Part shown: one piece after another, positions 25,171-36,980 of the stretch | Layout of the letters: the number at the start of each line of letters is the position of its first letter | Position numbering within the stretch: position 1 is the first letter of the stretch | Source of the DNA: Mobula hypostoma | Lineage: Eukaryota | Length of the DNA stretch: 64,000 nucleotides | Direction of reading: 5' to 3' | Assembly (NCBI RefSeq): GCF_963921235.1 | Contig: NC_086108.1 | Span: 100,504,001 to 100,568,000 of the forward strand | Made by a program: the position numbers and the translations under genes | Notes under the pieces: model-generated | Database searches by the model: none | Told to the model about the DNA's origin: nothing | What the model saw: only the letters and a program-made list of their open reading frames with translations

Positions 25171-27419
25171 AGATAGCGTGCAGACAGATTGTCAGGAAGG
25201 GCAGGCAGGTGATGTTGCAGCCACCAGGCTGAGTAACAAATCATTAGGGATGCAGAGTCAGAAAGAACAGCAAATACGATACTCAAGGTGTTGTATCTAA
25301 ATGCATGTAGTATAAGAAATAAGGTGGATGATTTTGTTGCAATATTACAGAGTTCCAGGTCTGATGTTGTGGTCGTCACTGAACTGTGGCTAAAGGATGG
25401 TTGTAGTTGGGAGCTGAATGTCCAAGGTTACACGTTATATCGGAGGGATAGGAAGGTAGGCAGAGGGGAAGATGTGGCTCTACTGGTAAAGAATGGCATC
25501 GAATCAGTAGAAAGATGCGATATAGGATCAGAAGATGTTGAATCCTTGTGGGTTGAGTTAAGAAACTGCAAGGGTAAAAGGACATTGATGGCAGTTATAT
25601 ACAGGCCTCCCAACAGTGGCTGGGATGTGGACCACAGGTTACAACAGGAAATAGAAAGGGTGTGTCAAAAGGGCAATGTTATGGTAGTCATGGGAGATTT
25701 TAACATGAAGGTCAATTGGGAAAATCAGGTTGGTAATGGATCTCAAGAGAGTGAGTTTGTTGAATGCCTAAGAGATAGCCTTTTAGAGCAGTTTGTCGTT
25801 GAGCTTACTAGGGGATCAGCTACACTGGATTGGGTGTTATGTAATGAACTGGAGGCGATTAGGGAGCATAAGGTAGAAGAACCCTTGGGAACCAGTGATC
25901 ACAATATGATTGTGTTCAGCTTAAAATGTGATGGGGAGAAAGTAAAGTCTGATGTAGCAGTATTTCAGTAGAGTAAGGGAAATTACAGTGGTATGAGAGA
26001 GGAGTTGGCCAGGGTAAGTTGGAAGGGGAGCTGCTGGCAGGGATGTCAACAGAGCAGCAATGGCGTGTGTTTCTGGGGAAAAGAAGGAAGGTGCAGGACA
26101 TGCGTATTCCAAAATTGAAGAAATCCTTAAATGGCAAAATATTACAACCATGGCTGACAAGGGATGTCAAAGCTATTGTAGGAGCAAAAGAAAGGGTATC
26201 AAACAAAGCAAAAATTAGTGGGAAGATAGAGGATTGGGAAGTTTTTAAAAACCTACAAAGTGCAACTAAAAAAATAATTAGAAAGGAAATGATGAAATAT
26301 GAAACCAAGCTAACAAATAATATCAAAGTGGATAGTAAAAGTTTTTTCAAGTATGTTAAAAAAAAAGAGAAATGAGAATGGATATAGGATCGCTAGAAAA
26401 TGAGGCAGGATAAATAATAACGGGAGACAAGGAGATGGCTGATGAACTAAGTGTTTTGCATCAGTCTTCACTAGAAGACACTAGCAGTATGCTTGATGTT
26501 GTAGTGTGTGAAGGAAGTGGGTGCAGTTACTGCTACAAGAGAGAAGGTGCTCAAAAAGCTGAAAGACCTAAAGGCACAAAGGTCACCCAGACCAGAGGAA
26601 CTGCACCCTAGGGTTCTGAAAGAGGTAGCATTAGAGACTGTGGTGGCATTAGAAATGATCCTTCAAAAATCATTGGACTCTGGCATGGTGAGACGACAGG
26701 AAAATTGCATATGTTACTCCAATTTTTAAGAAAGGAGGAAGGCAACAGAAAGGAAATTATAGACCAGTTAGCCTGACCTCAGTGATTGGGAAGATGTTGG
26801 AGTCAATTGTTAAGGATGAGGTGATGGAGTACTTGGTGACACAGGACAAGATAGTACAAAGTCAGCATGGTTACCTTCAGAGAAAATCCTGCCTGACGAA
26901 CCTGTTGGAATTCTTTGAGGAGATTACAGGTAGAATGGATAAAGGGGATGTAGTAGATGTTGTATATTTGGACTTTCAGAAGGTCTTTGACGAGGTGCCA
27001 CCCATGACGATGCTTACCAAGCAAAGAGCCTGTGGTATTACAGGAGAGTTACTAACCTCTAGGGGTCGGTGTTGGGACCACTTCTTTTTATGCTGTATAT
27101 AAATGATTTAGATGATGGAATAGATGGCTTTTTGCCAAGTTTTCAGATGATACAAAGATTGGTGGAGGGTCAGGTAGTGTTGAGGAAACAGGTAGGATGC
27201 AGAAGGACTTAGACAGATTAGGAGAATGGGCAAGAAATTGGCAAATGAAATACAATGTTGGAAAATGCATGGTCATGCACTTTGGTAGTAGAAATAAATG
27301 TGCAGACTATTTTCTAAACGGGGAGAAAATCGAGGAATTTGAGATGCAGAGCAACTTGGGAGTCCTTGTGCAGAACACCCTGAAGATTAACTTGCAGGTT
27401 GAGTTGGTGGTGAGGAAGG

Positions 27420-28075
27420 TGATGATGATTATGAGGACACACAGTCCTCTTTTATTGTCATTTAGTAATGCATGCATTAAAAAATGATAAAATGTTTTCT
27501 CCAGAATGATATCACGAAAACACATGACAAACTGACTTAAAAACTAACAAAAACCACATAATTATAACATATAGTTACAACAGTGCAAAGCAATACCATA
27601 ATTTGATAAGAACAGACCATGGCACAGTAAAGGTCTCAAAGTCTCTCGAAAGTCCCATCATCTCACGCAGACGGTGAACCTCCAGCACCACCAACTTGTC
27701 GGTACAGCATCCCGGAAGCATCCGACCACAGTCCGACTCCAAGTCTGTCCGAAAAACTCCGAGCCTCCGACCACCTCCCGACACCAATGCACGGAGCACC
27801 ATCTCTGCCGAGAGCTCCGACCCCGGCCCCGGCAACAGGCGATACGCAAAGCCGAGGATTTGGGGCCTTCCCCTCCGGAGATTCTTGATCGCACAGTAGC
27901 AACGGCAGTGAAGCGGGCATTTCAGAAGTTTCTCCAGATGTTCCTCTGCGCTTCTCACAGCTGTCTCCATCAAATCAGCATTGTGCGCAGCACCCCTAGT
28001 TACACATATCGATATCATTCGGAACGGCTGCGCACGCTGCGTCGCGCCGTCATCTTCTCCTCCCTCCCTCCATGA
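27420..28075 (-). mobile_element. CpG-rich non-coding non-autonomous retroelement inserted in CR1
   Basis: Splits CR1 gtgaggaagg|caaatgca; - strand begins ggagaagatgacggcgcg and ends AATAAA...cataatcatcatc. Confidence 0.75.
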
Positions 28076-28827
28076 CAAATGCACATTAGCATTCATTTCA
28101 AGAGGTCTAGAATACAAGAGCAAGGATGTGATACTGAGGCTTTATAAGGCACTGGTGAGGCTTCACCTAGAGTATTGTGAACAGTTTTGGGCCCCTCATC
28201 TTGGAAAAGATGTGCTGGCATTGGAGAAGGTCCAGAGGAGGTTCACAAGGATGATTTCAGGAATGAAAGGGTTATCATACAAGAAACGTTTGATGGCTTT
28301 GGATCGGTACTCACTGGAATTCAGAAGGATGAGGGGGGATCTTATTGAAAACTTTTGAATGTTGAAAGGCCTAGACGGAGTAGATGTGGAAAGGGTATTT
28401 CCCATGGGAGGAGAGTCTAGGACAAGAGGGCACAGCCTCAGGATAGAGAGGTGCCCTTTCAAAACAGAGATGCAGAGAAATTTCTTTAACCAAAGGGTGG
28501 TGAATTTGTGGAATTTGTTGCCACATACAGCTGTGGAGGCCAGGTCATTGGGTGTATTTAAGAGAGAGATTGATAGGTTCTTGATTGGTCATGGCGTCAA
28601 AGGTTACGGGGAGAAGGCCGGGAACTGGGGTTGAGGAGCAGATAGAAAAAAGGATCAGCCTGATTGAATGGCAGAGCAGACTCGATGGGCCAAATGGCCT
28701 AATTCTGCTCCTATGTCTTGTGGTCATATGAATTTTGCATCCTTTCCAGTTTAATGAAGTCACGGTGGGATTACAGAAATTTACAGCACAAAAAGAGGCC
28801 ATTTTTTGCATGCCAAAAATTCCACCA

Positions 28828-29350
28828 TGTTATTGTGTACAGTTCTGGTCACCTAACTATAGGAAGGATATCAGTAAAATTGAAAGAATGCAGAGAAGGT
28901 TTACTAAGGTGTTGCTGGTTCTTCAGGAGTTGAGTTACAGGGAAAGATTGAACAGGTGAGGACTTTATTCCTTGGAGCATAGAAGAATGAAGGGAGATTT
29001 GACAGAGGTTTACAAAATTACAACAGGTATAGACAGAGTAAAGGCTCTTTATATTTAGATTAGGAGAGATAAGTACGAGAGGACATGGCTTTAGGGTGAA
29101 AGGGGAAAGGTTTAGGGGGAGCTTCTTCACTCAGAGAGTGGTGGGAGTGTGGAACGGGCTGCCATCTGACGTGGTAAATATGGGCTCACTCTTAAGTTTT
29201 AAGAATAAATTGGATAGATACGTGGATGGGAGAGGTCTGGAGGGTTATAGACTGGATGCAGGTCAATGGGACTAGCGGAATTAAGTTTCAGCACAGACTA
29301 GAAGGGCCAAATGGCCTGTTTTCTGTGCTGTAGTGTTCTTTGGTTCTATG
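28828..29350 (+). mobile_element. CR1 LINE 3' fragment
   Basis: 'YCVQFWSPNYRKDISKIERMQRRFT' plus 3' hairpin and tail. Confidence 0.9.
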
Positions 29351-29689
29351 CTTTTGTGGTTCATCTCATACCCATGCTTTTGGTCCATTGCCTTCAAGTT
29401 TAGGGCTCCATTCCTACTTCTCCTAGGATCGTCACCTTGTCATTGTGGATTTGGATGTGAATTCCTGAGATCTCGAGAGCAATGTTGGCTGGAGCTTGGC
29501 CATCTGACACTTAGCTCCTGGTAGGATCACCCGTGGTGGTAAAATATTGCTTATTTATTTTTTATTGTTATTATTTTTTCTCTGTTGCATTTGCAGAGTT
29601 TGTTGTCTGTTGGACAATGGCCGTTTGTCCACCCCGTTGGATATAGTCTTTCAATGGTTCTATTGCGCATCTTGGATTTATTTATTCAT

Positions 29690-29953
29690 ATATTTGTTGA
29701 GATATAGTCCTTCAAGCCACACCGCCCAGCAATCCCCCAATTTAACCCTTGCCTAATCACGGGATAATTTGCAATGACAAATTAACCTATCGACCGGTAC
29801 GCCTTTGGACTGTGGGAGGAAACTGGAGCACCCGGAAGAAACCCAGAGCGTCACGGGGAGAAAATACAGACTTCTTGCAGGCAGCAGCGGGAATTGAACC
29901 CCAGTCGCCTGTACTGTAAAGCGTTGTGCCAGCCTCTATACTACTGTGCTGCC
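29690..29953 (-). mobile_element. V-SINE (tRNA-derived head + V domain)
   Basis: - strand B box ggttcaattcc and V-domain-like gggtttcttccgggtgctccagtttcctcccacagtccaaag. Confidence 0.8.
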
Positions 29954-30285
29954 AGAGAATGTCTGCAAGAAAATGAATCTCAGGGTTGAATATGTACTTT
30001 GATAATAAATTTATTCTGAACTTTAAGGTTCCAGATGAAGAGAAATCCAACAAGACCTCAACGGTGGAGCTAGCAGAAGATCACAACACATCACAATGGC
30101 AGGAGTTAGGCTGTGGCAGTGAAGGGTCATCTTGCACTCCATGCCACTGGACAGTAAACCCAATCTGACTGCCTGTGCATCAGCCTCACCACTTTAAACA
30201 AAGTCATGTTAGGCGTTCTCCATTAAGACAGTAACCCCTTAGGAGAACATCATACTCAACTCAACTGATCATACCACTACCTCAA

Positions 30286-30778
30286 TGTTAAGGATCCAGC
30301 CTGAACACTGGGTCGAAGGGCCTCTGCTGGTAGCTCTGGATCACGACAGTCTTTAATTTCTGTTTTCTTTCACCTGGCCATGTTGGTTCTGGCCCAGCTC
30401 CTTCCCTTTTTGGACTTCCTCCAATTACCTGCTTGTCTCCTCATTTGCACCCACCTGTTTCTAATTTTCACTCATTACCCTGACCTTTTAAAACCCTGCC
30501 TTGACTAGTATTCTCTGCCAGTTTGTCCCAGTTCTAACCTATGTTGTTCTAGCCTGTCATTGTGGCTTCTGCCAACTGATTTTGCCTGATTCTGTGTTTG
30601 GGATTTTGCCTGTGTGCTCTGGATTGTCTGACTGCCTTTCCTGGTAAGACCTCTACCTGCCATTTTGGATTTGTGCCTGCCTTCTGTTTTTGAAAGACTG
30701 TTGCCTTTGTACTCTCTAATAAATCCTGGTGGAAAAAGTATTCATTGGTCTGCACTTGAGTCCCACTGAAACCTGACG
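30286..30778 (+). mobile_element. Solo LTR (Gypsy-like)
   Basis: Starts TGTTA, ends TGACG (CA>CG), internal AATAAA near 30718; 4-bp TSD tcaa at 30282-30285 and 30779-30782. Confidence 0.7.
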
Positions 30779-31204
30779 TCAACTACTATTTCTATATTTC
30801 CTAAGATGTAGAAGGAGGCTACTTGACCCACTGAGACCATTGATTCTCACAGGATTCCCATCTTATTCATTCCCCCATTATTCTGTCTCACAGGCCCATC
30901 AGCTCCTTGACTTTTCTGCCCCTGATCAACATCCAGTGACTAATGAACCTACCAGCACACCTTTAGGATGTGGTAGGAAACCAGAGCACCCAGGCAGAGA
31001 GGGGAAGCTGGCAAACTCCGCACAGATAGTACCAAACCCACACCAGAAGAACTGTGCAGCTGAGGCCTCAGTTATTGTTCCATTTGAAGAAAAGGTTGGA
31101 TAAAATTCATGAAACTTAAAGCCTTGATCAGCTATTATCAAAATACTTCTTCAATACCTAGTAATATACATTTAAAGTCATCACTGTCTTAAAATGTAGA
31201 TTTA

Positions 31205-31355
31205 TTACACAATAAGTGCTGGAGGAACTCAGTAGCTCAGGCAGTCTCTATGAAAAGGAACAAAGCAGGCCAAGACCCAGTCCTGATGAATGTCAACTGT
31301 TACGGTATGTGTGTGTTGCTCTGGATTACTGGCATCTGTAGAATCTCTGGTGTTT
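31205..31355. mobile_element. Degenerate PLE-derived fold-back repeat
   Basis: tgctggaggaactcag...caggccaagacccagtcctgatgaa...gcatctgtagaatctctggtgttt. Confidence 0.6.
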
Positions 31356-31962
31356 TTTTTTGGTTTTGCTTTAGTGCTCTCCTTGTTTAGGAAAGGTTCA
31401 GTGTGTCAGGTGTGGGAAAGGGTTGAATGGAATAGGTAATCAGACTCCAGAGGGCTGGTAAGTGATCAGAGAGCTGAGCTAATTTGGGAAGGTGGGAGGT
31501 GGCTGAGAAACCTTTCATAAGAGCAGAAAGGCAGCTGGATAGAAGCATATTGTGTTAGGAAAAGGGCCAAGAGTCAGTCCTTTGAACTGCTCTTCCATTC
31601 AATATGGCTTTAGCTGATTAGCATTTGAATCCTGTTCTAGTTTATGCCTTGACCCCTCCAGTCCAAAGGAAAATATCCAAATTCTTTGTCGATATACTGA
31701 TCTCTCTTTAAACCACTTTCTGCGGCAGTGAGTTCCATTAGTTCACCTTTATTCACTAGAAGTCTCTCCTTTTTGTAGTTGTACCCCCTACTATCCCAAC
31801 TGTGACCCCTGTTTCTGCACCCCACCCCCCCACAGCCATCAGGAACATCCTTCCTACCTTGAATCTGTCCACTCTTGTTAGAATACTGCTGGCTTCCATG
31901 AAATCTCATCTTACTCTGGTGAATAAAGAAAGAATTAAGATCTACAAATCAGCTAACAGGAA

Positions 31963-32690
31963 TGTCGTAGTCATAGCCATAGTCATACTTTATTAATCCC
32001 GGGGGAAATCTGTTTTTGTAACAGTTGCACCATAAATAATAAATAGTTAAATAGTGAAATATAAATTATGCCAGTAAATTATGAAATAAGTCCAGGACCA
32101 GCCTATTGGCTCAGGGTGCCTGACCCTCCAAGGGAGGAGTTGTAAAGTTTGATGGCCACAGGCAGGAATGACTTCCTATGACGCTCTGTGTTGCATCTCG
32201 GTGGAATGAGTCTCTGGCTGAATGTACTCCTGTGCCCACCCAGTACATTATGTAGTGGATGGGTGACATTGTCCAAGATGGCATGCAACTTGGACAGCAT
32301 CCTCTTTTCAGACACCACCGTCAGAGAGTCCAGTTCCATCCCCATAACATCACTGGCCTTATGAATGAGTTTGTTGATTCTGTTGGTGTCTGCTACCCTC
32401 AGCCTGCTGCCCCAGCACACAACAGCAAACATGATAGCACTGGCCACCACAGACTCAGAACATCCTCAGTATCGTCCGGCAGATGTTAAAGGACCTCGGC
32501 CTCCTCAGGAAATAGAGATGACTCTGACCCTTCTTGTAGACAGCCTCAGTGTTCTTTGACCAGTCCAGTTTATTGTCAATTCATATCCCCAGGTATTTGT
32601 AATTCTCCACCATGTCCACACTGACCCGCTGGATGGAAAGAGGGGTCACCAGTACCTTAGCTCTCCTCAGGTCTACCACCAGTTCCTTAG
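31963..32690 (-). mobile_element. Rex1-type LINE 3' fragment, near-identical to 11040-11670
   Basis: ORF 32103-32450 differs from ORF 11146-11517 at only a few residues; same tail repeat. Confidence 0.9.
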
Positions 32691-32883
32691 AATGAGGCAA
32701 GGACAGTGGAAACAGACAAGTAAATGTATTGGTTTTTGCCATATGGTCGCAGGAATGGAGATTGCTATTTTGTGAGGCTATTCAAGGAGACTGATATTTT
32801 GTGAACTCTTTAGTGGACTGATTGTTGTTCAGAGATAATTTAATCAGAGAAATTGAATATGGACACAAGGAGTTTCTGCTGAT

Positions 32884-33070
32884 CAAGTAACACTCAAAGT
32901 TGCTGGTGAATGCAGCAGGCCAGGCAGCATCTCTAGGAAGAGGTACAGTCGATGTCTCGGCCCGAAATGTCGACTGTACTTCTTCCTAGAGATGCTGCCT
33001 GGCCTGCTGCGTTCACCAGCAACTTTGAGTGTTGCTTGAATTTCCTGCATCTGCAGAATTCCTCGTGTTT
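32884..33070. mobile_element. PLE-derived fold-back mini-element with TSD
   Basis: Arms of 69 bp (32884-32952 and 32970-33038) with 3 mismatches; perfect TSD gagtttctgctgat at 32870-32883 and 33071-33084. Confidence 0.92.
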
Positions 33071-33859
33071 GAGTTTCTGCTGATGATTGGCTAAATCTGA
33101 GATCATTTTCAAATAAGAAGCTGTTTATTATGTAAAATGGAAGTTTTATAGAAGGAACGGTCTGTGCTCTGGTGGTCTGGGCCCAGGTTTTGGCTGACCT
33201 GGTTAGCTGGTGGACTGTTTTGAACCAGTCTGAGTTGAAAATAGCAAACGAAATCACCCAGAGCACTGAAGGCAATGTTAGAAGTCTCTGTGGGATGCGT
33301 GGGTTTCCACTCGCGCTCAAAGGGCTGCAGAAACCTACTCCACACTGTATTGTTAAGAAAATATAAGATGTGGGAAAGAGCCATATAACAAGAGCCTTGG
33401 GTCAGATCCAATAAGAAGCTGACCCAGGTCAGTCAGATGAGCTTGAGTAAACGAAACTGAAATATCATAGATTGATTTGATAAGAAAAAAAAAGAATTGG
33501 AAGATTATGGGAGCACAGGCAGACACCGCTCTATAGAGACCAACTATTACAGGTGGGTGACCTCATGTTGGGAATGTGGAGATTACATCAGTTTCAAGAG
33601 AGAATGCCTGGCAAGTGTAGCCTCCTTTTCCAGGGTATTACCTTTTGTACTCTTTGACTGTTTGTGGAGGGTCAGGGAAACCTTGTGGGTGTGCGCAAGG
33701 GTATTTGGTTACATGTTTGTTAACTGAGCCAATAAAGGTACTTCTCTGGAAATAGAGATTCTCTCTGTACCTAACATCATTATTGTTGAGGACTAGTAGC
33801 TGGGGGGTGGGGGGGGGCAGGGAAGTGATCTCTACAACTTTGGCTGAAATAATGATCTG

Positions 33860-34218
33860 TCATAGTCATAGAGTTGTACATCACAGAAACAGGCCTTCCA
33901 GTCTATTAAATCCATGCAACCTGACCTTCTGCCTAGTCCCATCTCCCTGCACCTAGACCATATCTCTACAAAATCCTCCCATCCATGTACCTATCCAAAT
34001 TTCTCTTAAATGTTAGAATTCAACCCACAGTAATACACACAAAATGCTGGAGGAAATCAGAAGGTCAGGCAGCATCTATGGAAATGAATAAACAGTTGAT
34101 GTTTCAGGCCGAGATCTTTCATCAAAACCTGCATCATCTACTGGCTGCTCATTCCACAAGCGCACCACTCTTTGAGTGAAGAAGTCTCCCCCCAGATTCC
34201 CCATAAGTATTTCACCTG
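33860..34218 (-). mobile_element. CR1 3' fragment containing a PLE-derived piece (about 34030-34123)
   Basis: CR1 tail and hairpin on the - strand; insert aaaatgctggagg...gttgatgtttcaggccgagatctttcatc. Confidence 0.7.
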
Positions 34219-34491
34219 GTATACTTAGGTTAACAAATTATATCGACAAAAATTGTGACATTAGCAGAGAGAAAATTTCAATATGTGGAAAACATTCTTC
34301 TATGGACAAAATTATCCTTAAGCTCATCTGCAGCATGTAGTAAATTCCGGTGATTCTCTGATATCAGGCAAAAAAATTCTCAGCCTCTAAGGATTTAAAA
34401 CTTCATCAGCAGCTTCACTGGTCTTCAAAAATAGAAACAGTTACGCTAAACTGTACAGAATAATAACACAGGTAGATGTTCACTTGAAACT

Positions 34492-35020
34492 TACACACAG
34501 TGCCCACTTTATAAGGTACACCTGTATATTAATGCAAATTTCTAGTCAGTTAACCATGTGGCAACAATTCGATGCATAAAAGCATGCACAAATGGTCAAG
34601 AGGTTCTGTTATTGTTCAGACCAAGCATCAGAATGGGGGAAGAAATGTGATTTAAGTGACTTTGACAGTGGAAAGGTTGTTGGTGCCATACAGGGTGGTT
34701 TGAGTATCTCAGAAACTACTGAACTCCTGGGATTTTCATGCACAACAGTCTCTAGACTTTGCAGGCAATGGTGCAAAAACAGGGAAAAAAACATCCAGTA
34801 GGCAAGAATTCTGTGGGCAAAAATGCCTTGTTAATGAAAGAGGGGAAATGTTCAAATTGGTTTAAGCTGACAGGAAGGGGAGAGTAACTCAAATAACCAC
34901 ACATTACAACTGGTGTGCAGAAGAGCATCTCTGAATGCACAACATGTCAAACCTTGAAGTGAATGGGCTACAGAAGCTGAAGATCACAAGCATACACTCA
35001 GAGGCCACTTTAAGTACAGG
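34492..35020 (+). mobile_element. Tc1-like transposon remnant (left end + transposase N-terminus)
   Basis: 'GKKCDLSDFDSGKVVGAIQGGLSISETTELLGFSCTTVSRL' helix-turn-helix region; left terminus tacacacagtgcccactttat. Confidence 0.8.
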
Positions 35021-35039
35021 ATGAAATGGTCATTAAGTG

Positions 35040-35410
35040 TTTGTTCATTCATTATGTGCTGTGTCGTATGACATAGGTGATCATCGTCTTTCTATGACCA
35101 TGATTGTTCTTGGCAAATTTTTCTACAGAAGTGCTTTGCCATTGCTGCCTTCTGGGCAGTGTCTTTACAGAACAGGAGATCCCAGACATTATCAATACTC
35201 CTCAGAGATTGTCTGCCTGTTTCGCATAACCAAGACTTATGATGTACACTAGTTGCTCATACGACCATCCACCACCTGCTCCCATGGTGTCACGTGGCCT
35301 TGATGGGGAGTGGAGGGAGTGCACAAGCAGGTGTTACACCTTGCCCAACGGTGACCTGCAGGCTAGCAGAAAGGAATGGCTTACACCTTTGGTAGAGATT
35401 TATCTCCATT
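35040..35410 (-). mobile_element. Non-autonomous repeat, same family as 18300-18880
   Basis: Reverse-complement similarity to 18300-18880. Confidence 0.55.
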
Positions 35411-35415
35411 TAGTA

Positions 35416-35723
35416 TTGGTGTGTGGCCAAGTGGTTAAGGCGTTCATCTAGTGATTTGAAGGTTGCTAGTTCGAGCCTTGGCTGAGGCAGGTTGTTGTGT
35501 CCTCGAGCAAGGCACTTAACCAAACATTGCTCTGCAATGACACTGGTACCAAGCTGCGTGGGTCCTAATGCCCTTCCCTTGGACAACATCGGTGGTGTGG
35601 AGGGGGGAGACTTGCAGCGTGGGCAACTGCTGGGTCTTCCATACAACCTTGCCCAGGCCTGCGCCCTGAAAAACTTCCAAGGCGCAAATCCATGGTCTCG
35701 TGAGACTAACGGATGCCTAAAAG
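35416..35723 (+). mobile_element. tRNA-derived SINE with 14-bp TSD
   Basis: A box tggccaagtgg, B box gttcgagcc; TSD atctccatt(t/c)agta at 35402-35415 and 35724-35737. Confidence 0.88.
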
Positions 35724-36814
35724 ATCTCCATTCAGTAGAACAGAAATATAAAGAGAGGAATAATCATAGTTTAATGACAGAGGGATGATGTTTAGTAAAT
35801 TCACGAGTCTTTGCGAGAAGAATGACCAAGGCAGGTAACCAGGAACTAGTGATGGTACATATAGATTTACAGAAGACACTTGTAAAGGTGATTTCAGTTA
35901 GTACTAATATATTACTTCTAGCACAAGGGCAATATTTTAGTTATTTATTTAGAGATACAGCTGAACTGAACATGTCTGGGTGCTTTCAATTTTGTTTCAT
36001 TCTGTTTCTCCCACCTTTTTTTGCCATTTGCACGATTTGTTTTTTTTGAGCATGGGAGGGGTTTTGATATTTTTCTATAGTTTGTTTTGTGACTGTCTTT
36101 GAGGAAGACAAATTTCAAGATTGTATAATGTATACATACTTTGATAATAAATGTACTTTGTATCTTGAATCTTTTAACTGGCCTTTGTGACCCACAAGCC
36201 CATGTGCCCAGATACACCTGTGTGACCAGTTAATCCATGTCTTTGGAATGTGGGATGAGACTGGAGCTCTTGGAGGAAACCCACATGGTCACAGTGGCTG
36301 TAATAGTGTTACGTTAACCACTACACCATCATGCCATGCTTGGTAGTAACTGAGATTTGGTAAATAAAAGCAGAGTAAGAATAAGTAATTTTCATGTCTG
36401 AAGTATTGTATCATTTCATTTTACCACATTAGCTCTTGATAGGAAGGAGTGTTATAAAGATGGTTTCGGGTATTCTCGTCGTCTGTTTCGCCTCTGTCCC
36501 TACACTGGACTCGTGCTGACCACAATGACAAGAGCCACAACTTGTGCCTGCTGCAGCCACCTTGCAGATAATTGCAGATTTAGCGCAGTCGGCCTTTTTG
36601 GATTTTTTTTTTATGATCTGAGCATCACTAGCAAAGCCAGCATTTATTTCCCATCCCTTATGGACCTTTTAAAAAACGACTGGGAGCTGCTGCCATACCT
36701 CTGTTGAAGGTGCGCGCATAGTGCTACTGGGGGAGGGAGTCCCAGGATTTCAGATCTATAACAACGAAAGGCCGACAGTAGTTTCAGGTCATGATCTAAA
36801 GATCTAAAGGCTAG

Positions 36815-36980
36815 CTTTATTTGTCACATACATCACATCATAGAGTGAAATGTGCCATTTGTATCAACAACCAACACAGTCCAAGGATGTGCTGGGGGCA
36901 GCCCACAAGTGGCACTTTGCTACCACTACCAGCATAGCATGCCCCCAACATACTGCCCTTAACCATATTCTTTGGAATAT
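36815..36980 (-). mobile_element. V-SINE-like element, 3' half (5' half at 41169-41315)
   Basis: ...ctttggaat| joins |atgggaggaaaccagagcacc once the CR1 and LTR between them are removed. Confidence 0.7.

Larger units (their letters stand above)
23888..28725 (+). mobile_element. Near full-length CR1 LINE (5'UTR repeats, ORF1, disrupted ORF2), interrupted at 27420-28075
   Basis: ORF1 followed by 'LYLNACSIRNK', 'VMGDFN', 'SDHN', RT motifs and 3' hairpin. Confidence 0.95.

Noticed and set aside
33085..33836. LTR-like stretch with AATAAA ending ctaca
   Set aside because: No matching TG start with a TSD could be found.
35421..35490. Possible tRNA gene (also 41808-41870)
   Set aside because: A and B boxes are present, but they continue into a shared SINE body and are flanked by TSDs.
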